A DNA stretch of 64,000 nt from Plasmodiophora brassicae (Eukaryota), in assembly GCA_036867785.1 (NCBI GenBank), contig CP145411.1, positions 1,302,001-1,366,000 of the forward strand. Direction: 5' to 3'. Position 1 is the stretch's first letter. Every line of letters begins with the position of its first letter. The translations under genes were made by a program, and so were the position numbers. Below are positions 1-11,797 of the stretch, piece after piece. The notes beneath the pieces were generated by a model. It was not told the DNA's origin and ran no database searches. It saw only the letters and a list, made by a program, of their open reading frames with translations.

Positions 1-1410
1 ACCATTAAGGGCAAGCGGGATACCAACCCAGTAGTTCTTCTTATCCACCGAGACGACGACGTTCCTGAGTTCTGTCTCCTGCGACACTTGTTAGCGTGGG
101 TCAGTTTGTCGAGAACCGGACCCAACCGATCGGTATACCTCTTTCCGCACGCCAAGAAGCCTGATAGCCCGTTCCCGAAGAGCACGTTTCTACGTAATGC
201 TGGGAAGATTGTTGAAGCAGTGACCGAAAGAGATGGGCCGTGGGGGACTCACTGGATGCGGAAGACCGGTGGCCTGTTAGGGACCTGGGGCGGAGCGTCC
301 GACATCGACCTCCAGCACGCGTTCCGTCATTCCTCGATGGCGATAACGTCACAGTACAAGGCGGACTCCTCAGCTCTGCTTGAGCATGCGAAGAATCAAC
401 CGTATGCCAGCTCACTGCATTGAGGTTCAGTTTACTGATATCATTCCATTAGGGACGACGCCATGATTCGACTTGCACCGCGATGGCGTCCCATTTACGT
501 GGAGAACCTGCAGATGTGCGTCAATATGAATGCGCGCCAAGTAGACGACGACCTGGTTAGCCTTGCAAGACGCTTCGTCGATGATTTGATCCAGCAGGGC
601 TGTCTGCGAAGCAGAGACCGTCTAAGCGGCCGCCATCTCTGCGCGGGTATGTTGAAGAGCCGTGCAGCTGAGGATATCCAGCAGGAGGTCGACTGCTTGG
701 TCTCCAAGTTCCGTGACGACGGCTATAGTCGCTCGATCGACCGGCTTCTGAGCCTGCTCGCTCGCAAGCACTCGACCCTTGAGGCAGCAGGCGCTCGTCT
801 CGTCCCTGCGTTGTCAGAGGATGACGATGATGATCCTGACGTTGACGAGTCCGGATCCGATGATGACGAAGTCGTCGACGGCGTGGTTGTACCTGCCGGT
901 CGACAAGTCCCAGTTGACGGTCGCAACGAGCCCAATCGTAGCGCCGTCCTGGATCCGCGCCCTGCAAAACGACGTCGCGTAGGCGGGGACGACAACAGCA
1001 GCAGGAGTGGAACTACCCAGACGGATGCATCAAGGCCACGAACAGGAGGTGGACGCGTCAGCAGCGCGTCATCTTCTAGGCGGACACAACGCGTGTTTGG
1101 CGAATTTGACGTCCCGGCGCGTCTCCAGCTGGCCGCTGATCGATCGCGTCCTGATTACGCCGGGACGAAAGCTACGTTGAACATTATTCGCGAGGTTGCG
1201 GAAGCAGCGAACGACGTTCCTTCCAACCAGTTCTCCAACGCGTTCCGCGTCTTCTATGGCCAGACTGTCAAGCCCGTGCTGGCGTGTCTCGGTGCACATT
1301 GCGGTGGCGACGAGGATGAGTTCATCCGTCGATGGGGCGCAAACTTTACCCCGGGAAGATTTTCGTCCAAGGCCTGTAACGGCGGCGTGTCGTGCAGGTT
1401 CGGCCAATAA
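1..1410 (+). CDS. Tyrosine recombinase, Crypton (CryptonS-like) type; 5' end outside window; intron 402-452
   Basis: Frame 1 reads TIKGKRD...CLLRHLL...YLFP...THWMRKTG...FRH...SQY, i.e. the YR H-x-x-R, H and catalytic Y. A 51-nt GT..AG intron (402-452) removes the TGA and joins it in frame to ORF 463-1410. Confidence 0.8.
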
Positions 1411-1680
1411 ACGGATGATGGCAAGGTCACTGCGACCGTGACGCTACTGGGTGCCAGACCGACTGGATACTGTCTCGACTGTGACTCACGCCAAAAATAG
1501 CTGCATCACACTGCATCCCGTGCCCCGACGCCGTCTATCTAGTAAGTATCTGCTTACCCTAACGTACCCACGTCAGATTCTATTTCGTATTACATTTGTA
1601 CATAACGGTCTCGACGTTTACGCCTGCGGTCCGCCGCTGGGTGTACGCGCCAGAGTTGTCGGCTTCCTCGGACTTGTCAC

Positions 1681-4600
1681 TTGCCGCAACCTGTGTCGCC
1701 TCGCTGCACCGACATGCTTCTGACCCCACGTGTTCTTCGTGCCAGGAAGGCTGCACGAACGGATGCGGCCAGTTCGATTCCACCATCGGACAGCACTAGT
1801 CCATCGTCTCCAGTGCCCATCGTCGACACTCCTGTCGTCAATCATTCGCCCGAGGATTCCGATTCATCTGTTTCCGATTCGTCGTATGACTCCGACCATG
1901 CATCAGCGGGTGTCGCCAAGATGCATGCTACCTATGATGCTGAATCGAACATATCCAATGTCGATTTTGATGTCGGGGAAGCCCTTCCGCCCGATGCTGA
2001 TGAATGCCTAGTCGAGTGCTCCGAAGCACTAGCGGCGCTGCTGAAAGCCCGCATTCCCGGGTTTGTCAGGCCCTCTGCTAAGCCTAGCAGTGGTCTGCAG
2101 CAGACTTTCTTCGTCCTCGACGAGATGTGCAAGTCCTCCCTGTCCGACGCCGCGTTTACTCGCATGTCTCAAGTTATTCATTCTACGGCGAAGCAGGCAA
2201 AGTTGCAGTGCGTTGGGGAATTTATCGCTGAGGTAACACGCACGGTTGCATTGCTTTCTATGGGACCCTGAGGAATTGTTTGTTCCAGCTTGAGAAGTTG
2301 AAGAGTGTTATACCAGACTCACCGGATGATCAAGCCCGCTGTACCATCGACTCCATGATGGACGAATACCGGAATTCGGCCCGCGTTCTGGAGCGTAAGC
2401 CGCCACTATTCACCGACATGCGTGATTTGCGAGCGCGCTTCGATGCACTGGACCTGACTTGCCCGTTTATCGAGTATAGGTATTGTGATGAAGGCCATGT
2501 TTGGCCTGCCCATAACGTGAACCGTGTACGGCCGCCGTGCTGCCGAAATCGTACAAGTTCCTGTTATTATCTGCCAATGTTGTTGCAGGTTCGCGCAAAT
2601 GATGAGATCCATTGCTCTTTTGACATTTCCATTGTGACAGATCATATTGCAGTGGGGCTGCAGATTCCTGGCGGAAAACATGAATGAGCAGCTACAGCAG
2701 TATAGACGGACTCAGGTGCACCCATACCACACGTTCAACGATTGGAGTGATGCTTCCGTTTTTCAGGAAACGTTTGCTCCTTTCATGAGCGAATGCGATT
2801 GGTAGTCCACTTCACCTGCTTATTATCGCGTCCGTGTGATACTCTTCAATAGGGAAGACGTCTTTCCCATTGCAACATCTGTTGGCATAGATGGCGCGCG
2901 CGTTACGAAGTGGACGAACGAGTCCTTGATCCCGATGCTGCTCGTAAATCTCGCATTGAGACAGGAACTACGGTGCAACCGCGGCTTCGTCATGCTCATT
3001 GGCCTCATGCCGGCCAGTTCCCCGAAAGCGGTCCAGCATCTTTTTCGCCGGTTTGATATGCTTTATCCCTGTTCAGATTGCAATAATATAATTAAATTCA
3101 ATCTTCAGGTTACAAGTCGTGGAGCACAACATTGGCTTCAAGTTTGCGGTACCTTTCCGGGACGCGTCCGATGGGTCCCTTAAGTGGATGCGTCTTCTCC
3201 ACGTCCACCAGGTACTCATCGTTGCTCGAGCGCGTCTGCCAGTGTTCTGACATATGTCAGGGTCATGATTATGTAGAACTGGCAAAAGTGGCATCCTTGT
3301 CGTCACAAGGGCTGTCCAACGCGTGCAACCGCTGTGATGTCGCGGGCATCTACTGCAGTGACCGCAAACTGTTTCCGCACGTCTGGGGTTGTCTACCGAA
3401 TGGGCACCCCCCGTTCGACGAAGGTGTGAGAGAACCTTCAAGAAGGCACCCTTGGCAGCAAGGTGGGCGTCCATAAGGGACGCAATTCGCGACATACCTA
3501 ATCGTGAGTATTACCGACTTAGCTGAACCATAGATATTAACGTCTACGTTAGGGTTCAAATCGAAACCTGCCAGTGCATCTAGAACTGATGCGTATAGTA
3601 CCGGTCTGGTATCCGGATTTAATAGTACGGTCATGTTCGTACTATGCACGCTACACTGTCTTCTGCTAAACTTCCTGCCTCGCGTTTTTGATATCATCAA
3701 CTTCAAAGGCCATCGAAACTTCTACATCCCCCCGGTAAGGTTGCATGCAGTGTGCGCGATGAATCAGTGGGGTAATTGACATGTTTAATTAGCTGGAGGA
3801 ATACTTCGGACGGACTGTCTTCCATTCTTGTTCAAGCCTCGATGGAACTTGCAGCGACTGTCCGCCGTGGCACATTCCAGTTGACCCTACACGGTATCCT
3901 GCCACTGCAAGTGGAACCTCTCTGTCGAAGCGACTGCACGAGGTCCTGGACTCTATCAAGTGGCCTACTGGTAACTGTAAGGTCATGGTATAGTGACGCC
4001 GTATTTGATAAGGAAAGTTTAGGAAACGGAGATCGGCCTTCGAATTGCTTCAACAGGTCTGGCTGGAAGGGTCACAATACCATGCCCTGGATCGGCGACT
4101 TTGGTATCGCTGTTTTCTTCTCTCTCTGCAATCCTTCCGTTCTCTTGAATAGCCTGACACGGATGCGTTTCTGGTCGGCATTCTTTACTTTTCTTCACTG
4201 CGCAAACCTCCTTTTGTCAAAGGCAATTCCCAAGTCTGCCCTTGACAATATTGCTTTGGAATTTCGCGCCGCTCTCGCTGAGATGGAGTATTTAGGGCCA
4301 GCGACCATGATGACCATATCAGTAAGAAATGCTTCACACGAGTGCTTTGATTGTGTTGACGGCTGGTCGCAGGCCCATTCCATAATGCACATCCCTGATA
4401 TCGTTAAACAATTCGGCCCAATCAAGGGATTTGTCTGGAATTACTACGTGGAGCGATGGATGCTCTACATGAAACGCGCGTTATCCGCGACGATCGGGTT
4501 CGCACGTAACATCGTACAAGCGTTCCAGGTGATGTCGGCGACAGCGAGGAACCGGTAAGAGAACAGCACCAGGTTATTGTCATCATTGAGTTATTTACCG

Positions 4601-5565
4601 AGCACTTTGTCAGGGCTGACTATGCCGATTGTTTCCCAACGCATACCGGAAACCGGTTTACGTTCGGAGATGCAGAAGAGGTCGACGAGCAGGGTCAGAA
4701 CGGGCTCGTGTTGGCGTTAACTGTGGACCAACCCGGCAGCGACCTGCTACTGTCGAGACACGATCGGGCTTGGCTGCACCGCCATATGTACGGCAGTCAG
4801 GAATGGTGCACTGCCCATGCACATCCATACTTCGACGAGTACCGTGATGCATGTCATCAGTTTGCGCACGACGTCGGTCACTCTGTACGCGAGTACGTTG
4901 ACATGTTCCGCGACGTCGACGCGTTTGACGAGTGGTGTTTAACCAACTTCGGTCGGCGGTTGCTTCCCACGAAAGTCAAAGTGTATCACCGGGCGTATTA
5001 TGGTACGAACCCGCTGCATCAGCGCCTTGCGCAAAGTTGTCCTTACTTTGCTTTAGGCAATGTGCTATGGAGGACGACGCAGCTGGATCGCACGTTTCCA
5101 AGGAGCCAGAATGACCTGGTCTACACGATATCAGGAGATGAACATTACACCGGCCAGATCGAAGCGATTGGTCAGTTCGAATTCCCTGGCGGCCCGCCGT
5201 TCAACGTGTTCATCTGTCAACGGTAATTGGGAGAAACTGCTGTTACCCAAGTGTCTGCATTTGAATCCGGTCATTTGCACAGTTGGTGGAGGATGTACGT
5301 CCCCAAGAAACTGCGAATTGGGAATCGGCGCGTCGAGTTAAAGCTGCCACGATATATTACCGGGGATGGGTTGGCGTCCGGACGTGAACTGTCGCCGTTC
5401 TTTCCGATCAACCAGTCGGTTCCGGCGAACGTCGTCTTGGTGCCCACGAAAATTCCAGAGATGATCTCGCACAGTGGGTCGAACATGCGCGCCAGCTTTG
5501 TCTGTGTGCTGCCGAGGGCCAATGCGATTGTGGCGTCGTCCGTTGCATGGTCTACGAGTGGATAA
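1681..5565 (+). CDS. CACTA/EnSpm-type transposase (Tnp2 + DUF4218-like), multi-exon
   Basis: Motifs VGIDG..SLIPMLLVNL..R..MLIGLMP..PK, HDYVELAKV..CNRC, CTLH, and HSIMHIPDIVKQFGP..WNYYVER. The ORF segments checked (to about 3735) join through short GT-AG introns such as 2233-2288. Start is uncertain. Confidence 0.75.
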
Positions 5566-6457
5566 GTAAACGATGTTTGGTTGTACGTCCAAGCGCGGTG
5601 CTGAAGGCTTGTAGCACATTTGTATCCCCATCAGCGCAGTCCGTGGGCAGGCGGAAGAATGTATCACCAATGTGTCCACTGATGTAGCCGATTTGTAGCT
5701 CCTTCGCAAAATTGTATCCCCGCTGTAGCCGATATGCTGCCTGTGTGTACCCAGCAGTCAAGAATCAGGGTCGTGAAGTGGATGATCGACGACGAAGGTC
5801 GTTCCTTAATGTACTTACATAATGAAATTTGAATTTTCATGGTACATTTCGCGTGTATTTACCAATGTTGTACTATATATACTGAGGTGTGCCAAGAGCA
5901 CCTGACCCTGAATAGTGTGTATCACACTAATTATGAACTAACACTAATTGCGCATACAGACTAATTACGGTAATCACTGTAAGACGTTGAGAAGAGCAAT
6001 ACAGGAGCGCAATTCTAAATTTTGTGGGTGCTCTACGTCGTCCAAAATCTGGGCCCAATTGTTTCTCGTTTGCTGCAAAGAGCGACTGCTGGTAGCTACG
6101 ATGGGCGAACAAGTTCACAGCGGAGCCAATGATCATGATCTTCATGATAGCCAGCCCCGTAAAGCGATTCTCCCTGTCCCTGGAACAGATGCACACACTG
6201 ACCTCGGTGGTTGCCACGCAGATGCGTCTTTGAGCGAGAACCTGTGAAGAAAGCCCAACCTCACTGATGACCAACGACGGATGGCAGTGGAGTCCCTGAT
6301 GACTTGCAAAAGGTACACAGCAATTCCTGAAACGCTTCTCTACGGCACCTCCCAGACCGTCCCAAGGAAGTTTAATGTGCGATCGGAGACGATCAGTGTC
6401 ATTTGGAAGCGCGCACTCGAAAATCTGTCCTATGAAAGGCCTATCGATGGTCCCGTC

Positions 6458-7768
6458 TAGTGGTCGGCGCGGTTTGGTTTGGTTTGGTTTGGTTTTTTGA
6501 AGGCCAAACCAAACTAAACCAAACTGAACTATATCTAAGAGCTCGAAACCGGAACCAAACCGAACCGGGCCTCCGAAACCGAAACCAAACCAACAAACCG
6601 TGGTTTAGATGAATCACAACAGTGTGTGGCGTAAAGTCCCTAATCCAACTCCTTCAGAAGAAGGTCGACGACATCGTCATTGTCGGCGAGGTCACGTTGC
6701 TGATTGGCATCCAGCTGAGGGGGAATAAACTCGACACCAGTCTCAGACGATGACAACAAATCGTGGTCGCTGATGCTTGCTCCATCTAGGCGATGACCAG
6801 GTATGACCTCCTACGCTCCCAATCTGCTTCGAACGCGATACGGGTGGCGCCGGGGAGTAGGGGTCGGCGCGGTTTGGTTTCGAACCAGAAACCGTGAACC
6901 AAACCGAAACTGCGCGGTTTTGGTTCCAGGTGGACCCAATTAGTTTGGTTTGGTTTGGTTTAGTTCGAGGTCCGCCCAAACCGGTTCAAACCGGTTTGCT
7001 TCCGGTGGAACCTGTTTGAACCGTGGTTCGCACCGAGTGGCTATATATGGCGGATGCCCTAGTAATACAGGAATCTCGAGCCGCGACCGCCCTGTTCGGC
7101 GTCTGCACAGTGGCCCCAGCGCCGCCCGTATCGCGTTCGAAGCAGATTGGGAGCGTAGGAGTTCCTGTTCTCGTGTCTGTCATGCCCGACCGCGATTTGT
7201 CGTCATCGTCTGAGACTGGTGTCGAGTTTATTCCCCTCAGCTGGATGCCAATCAGCAACGTGACCTCGCCGACAATGACGATGTCGTCGACCTTCTTCTG
7301 AAGGAGTTGGATTAGGGACTTTACGCCACACACGGTTGTGATTCATCTAAACCACGGTTTGTTGGTTTGGTTTCGGTTTCGGAGGCCCGGTTCGGTTTGG
7401 TTCCGGTTTCTAGCTCTTAGATATAGTTCGGTTTGGTTTAGTTCGGTTTGGTTTAGTTCGGTTTGGCCCTCAAAAAATCAAACCAAACCAAACCAAACCG
7501 CGCCGACCCCTACTGGGGAGACGCCGGACAGTGCGTTCGCGGCTCGGGATTCCTGTATTACTAGCGCATCCGCCATATATAGCCACTCGGTGCGAACCAC
7601 GGTTCAAACCGGTTTCACCAGAGGCAAGCCGGTTTGAACCGGTTTGGGCGGACCTCGAACTATACCAAACGAAACCAAACTAATTGGGTCCACCTGGAAC
7701 CAAAACAACGCAGCAGTTTCGGTTTGGTTCACTGTTTCTGGTTCGAAACCAAACCGCGCCGACCCCTA
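6458..7768. mobile_element. Outer hAT-like MITE copy (contains nested copy)
   Basis: Termini TAGTGGTCGGCGCGGTTTGG...CCAAACCGCGCCGACCCCTA, with GGTTT/AAACC subterminal repeats. The internal sequence is the reverse complement of the inner copy. Confidence 0.8.
6858..7512. mobile_element. Inner hAT-like MITE (655 bp) inserted in opposite orientation into the outer copy
   Basis: TIR TAGGGGTCGGCGCGGTTTGGTTT at both ends. 8-bp TSD CCGGGGAG (6850-6857) / CTGGGGAG (7513-7520). Confidence 0.9.
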
Positions 7769-8347
7769 GACTTCCGACAGTGAAAAGAGGGCGTGCTGGA
7801 CGGAAAAGGGTCGCCGTCGAACGAGAAACAATCACAGATATTCCCGCGACGAAGCGTCATTCTGGAGCCTCGTCTGCGAGACTCAGACCGACATTAATTT
7901 CCTGTCACTGCACTTGTCGATTGTTACGCGTTCTGGAGCCTCGACTGCAAGACTCTGACCAACATTTCCTGTCACTGCAGATGTCGATGATTGAAACAAC
8001 GCGGGTACCTGGCTCGAACCGATACAAGGCGCCGAATATTGGCAAGTCCAAGCTCCGCCTTAAAGGCAAGCTCCCTGATGTGATGGCGTGCCTTGACGCC
8101 ACTGAATATAGCGAATTCGCCCGAAGACCATTCACGAATGATAATGAGAGCACATGACAGCACTCGGCTTCGTTAATGTACACAGCGATCTGCATTTATT
8201 ATGATAGCCTCTCGGCACCAATCATTCCTAGCTTGGACGGGCGCTGGCAAGCCATGAACCACAATCATAGCCTCTTTTTGAAACAGTGCAAAATCCAGAA
8301 TCACGGTCTTTTTGTGAAACGGAGGGAGTACGAATAAGTTATAACTA

Positions 8348-10520
8348 CTTACGGTGGAAACAAATATTTGCATCACTCGGAAGAAACACTTGGATCACTC
8401 GGAAGAAAGTTTTGCATCAACAGGAAGAAATAAGTGGATCAATCGGAAAAAATGTTTGCATCATCCGGAAGAAATCTGTGGATCAACCGTCAAAAATTAA
8501 TGGATCACCGGGAGCCGACGTTAGCTGGCGACGACGAGGCGGCCACCTCAGCATCGAACGCTGCAGCGCAGCAACGTAGCTCGAGAGGTACACCTACTTG
8601 TCAGTGCCAACATTTGGAGGATAGCTTACAGGATCCATCGTCTGCAGCTCGGCGCGGCCGTCCGGCGAAGAACCCAGAAAGCATCCCGCGGCTGGATCCG
8701 ACCATCGCGTGTGATCCACGAGTCGCAGACATCCGGTTCACCCCAGCGGTTTCCGGTACCCTGCACGCTGCCAATCAGCGACGACTTGATGAACAACGAC
8801 GAGTTGCTCTAGAGAAAAGCCGTCAGCGTGCATTGCAACAACTACAGCAGCTCCAGTGTGCAGTTGATCATGTTCGCGAGGTCGCGAACAGGAAAATCGA
8901 ACGTTACAGGTCGATATCGGATCGCGAACGAGCGTTCGCTCAAGAGTTGTCCCAGTGGCAAGTCAAGATGCTAGCGGGTGAAGTCGACATCGACTCTGTT
9001 CCGGTTCATTTCCGAAAGGCGCTTGTCCCCAAGAAACCGCACATCTCTTTGGAAAGCGAGGAGATGATCAACGCTCTTGATGGGTCCAAGTCTCAGCGCG
9101 ACATTGCTGCTGAAGTTGGGTGTTCGCAATCGACTGTGTCTCGCCATGTCAATGGGGTTTCGAAGCTAGGCTGAATCGGGGAAACGAAGAGGCCGCCCGG
9201 ACAAACTTTCCGATGAGATGATCAATGCGGCTGCCAGATTCATGTTCCTCTGCATCGGGGCGACAATTGCCGTCGCTGCTAAGTTCTTGAAAGTGGCTTT
9301 CAACGTCCGCGTCACCTCTCGAACCCTCAGCAAGCATCTTCGTGATCGAGCCGGCTTCCGTCTAGGGGACTTCAAATCCTTCAACGTCAAACGTAACGCC
9401 ACTGAGACCACTGAGATGCGCTTCCAGTACGTTTCGCGTTTGGAGTCGGACGAGTACCGTCGAATATTTGGACCGAATCCACTCTACGATGCGGTTTACT
9501 TCGATGAGATGCCTCTTACACGCGTGTCAAACCGGAAAGTCTGGTCAGTTCGAGGCTGGGTCCCGTCTCTCTCTCTGAGGAGCCTGTTATGTCCGGCAAG
9601 CACGTATCACTACTGCTAGCGTTGTCGCCGGCCCTTGGTCTCATCTGGTACGAAACAATTGACACAACAGTTGACGGCGACGTGTTTCTGGAGTTTTGCA
9701 AGAGCATGGTCCAGCACTACGTGCAGACGACATGTGACAATTCACGCCCGCGCCTCTTCATTCTCGATAATGCCCGCATTCATCATGTCCAGCGCGTCGA
9801 GACGTTTTTCAAGGGGGACAGTGTCTCGAAGCACTTCAAGATGCAGTTCTTGCCTGAGTATTCGCCATTCCTGAACCCTTGCGAGGAGATCTTCGGGCTG
9901 CTCAAGATACGCATTTGGGTCAGTTCTGCGACAGAGTCCTCGGTTCACATAGGGAAGGCGACTATGAAGCGATGCTAACTGGATGAGGTGAATCGTATAT
10001 CAGTTGACGATATCCGGCGAACGTACGACCATATGAGGGAGTTCCTCGCGTACTGTAAGGATCGACGACCCGTCTTCACGCAGAAGCTCTACGAGTCGGC
10101 GCATCACGGAGATGAAGCGCGCACGTGCCCAGCCCTCCCCCTCGACGTCGAGGATCTGCTGAATAGTTACTTGCCGCAGTTCTATGACGAGTTTACTCCA
10201 GATGGCTGTCAGCATTTGCGCGATGTGTTCGGTTGCTCGCGCTTGACGAAGGAATTTATCGAGAAGTTCTGCGACGGTCACGTTCATGCAACGCAATTAG
10301 AAGATGCTGCTCCCGAAGGCGTTCCGAATGATCCACGGGTCACCATTCACTGAAAGCCCACGTTATTCCCATGATCAGTCATGACGGAAATAATACATGG
10401 ATCATGATCCACATGTTTTTTCCGCTTGATCCACTTATTTCTTCCTGTTGATGCAAAAATTTCTTCCGAGTGATCCAAGTGTTTCTTCCGAGTGATGCAA
10501 ATATTTGTTTCCACCCTAAG
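8348..10520 (+). mobile_element. IS630/Tc1-like DNA transposon with about 110-bp TIRs and TA TSD; transposase disrupted
   Basis: TA|CTTACGGTGGAAACAAATATTTGCATCACTCGGAAG...CAAATATTTGTTTCCACCCTAAG|TA. Encodes an HTH (SQRDIAAEVGCSQSTVSR) and DDE motifs YFDE, ILDNARIHH, FLPEYSPFLNPCEE. Frameshifts near 9170 and 9570 and a stop at 9976-9978. Confidence 0.9.
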
Positions 10521-11797
10521 TACTGTATATGGGGTTTACAAGGCTGGGACATGTTAGACAGTCTGACGCAGTGTTTATTGAGATTGGGGAAACAACGGCA
10601 GCAACCCGATATCATTATTGAATACGTTTGTCAACGGTCGTTTCATCGAATGGATTATTCAGCTTGTTGTTATGCTCCTGGAGAATTCCACTGCCGGTAA
10701 ACGACGGGCAAGGGTGCCAGATCATCCGATGAGAAGCCTCTGGCACCCGAAACAGCTCGTCAGGAACAGGCTCCACGACGCTGACGAACAGCTTTCAATT
10801 GATGCACCCTGTAATTTAGACATGATCGGTACTTGACAATGTGGAGGCTCATTAGCCACCCCTACCCATTGGCCATGGTACGAAGTTTGGATCGCTGTCG
10901 TCGTGCGCCTCAGTCACTCGATGACGTCGAATCTCCAACGACACGCAGAGAGAGAGAGAGAGAGAGTTAAGAGTTGAGACTGAGATTGAGACCGGGCCTT
11001 GGCGGGCAAACCTGCAAGTTGCGGGCTTGCCGCACTTTCCTTTGCGGTCAGGCCGACCGGCCGAGGCACTCAGTCCGCACACTCTCTTCCATCTGCTTGT
11101 GATAACCGCAAACGTGGCTTGCAGTTGCAGTGCTTCAGGAGTACGGGTCCGCCTGTACCAGGTATACATACACTCAGAATCCGAACGCTGGAACGGAGAC
11201 AATCCAATTCACCTGCCCCGCCGTTATTGATGGTTGATTGTTCGAAGATGCAGAGCGCGTATGCGATGTCTCCGAAAGATGTACACATGGATGACCAGAA
11301 TCCAAGAGAACGTAACTGTTGCACGGGAACGCCGGCATGTACTCGTACAACAGTAAGAACATCGACAACATAAAACTGAGCCGCAGCAAACATGATCATC
11401 GTCGTCGCCGTTATCATGCACGCATACAGGTCTGGTGCCGCGTCGGCATCTAACGGTTCTTGACAGCGGGCAACTTAGGACGTCTGCCTATCTTTAGAAG
11501 GCACATGAACGTTCAACAATGAATCCGGTGATGTGAAGACATCGCTCCCTTACCCATTCCGTGAGAAGTGGGTGAGCCCGTTCGACGTGCCGTCGTTTGC
11601 TGTGTCATCTTTCAGCATTCTCATACAGAGCTGGTAGGTCAGGGCATCCTGAACATATTCACGCGTCTTGAGATGTCGAGTAAGCTTCTTCTGTGCCGGG
11701 AATGCCTTGGAGTAGACGCCACACGTCGCGGTCATCGCGTTTCAAAAATGTCACAGCGCATGTCGGATTTGACCATTTGCGATGGATGAGGTAGCCG

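Larger units (their letters stand above)
6250..8328 (+). pseudogene. Plant/oomycete-type mariner (Stowaway-related) deletion derivative, interrupted by MITEs
   Basis: About 6254-6425 encodes NLTDDQRR..FNVRSETISVIWKRA (N-terminal HTH). After the MITE come KRGRAGRKR..IP..KR and the C-terminal FLSLQMSM..GSNRYKAPNIGKSKL..GKLP. The right end ACGGAGGGAG+TA (about 8319-8330) matches the Stowaway/mariner TIR. No DDD core is seen. Confidence 0.65.

Noticed and set aside
5552-5761. Small minus-strand ORF converging on the CACTA transposase
   Set aside because: Non-ATG start, 69 aa and no recognisable motif.
6465-7760. GGTTT-rich repeats resembling telomeric repeats
   Set aside because: They are subterminal motifs of the hAT-like MITE, present in both orientations.
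8370-8510. Regularly spaced repeats resembling a CRISPR array
   Set aside because: They are tandem 22-bp units inside a transposon TIR, with no unique spacers and no cas genes, in a eukaryotic context.
10530-11790. Degenerate coding-like fragments, including a C2H2-like piece near 11550-11735, and an (AG)n microsatellite near 10947-10966
   Set aside because: Too decayed to assign; probably an old TE or pseudogene.
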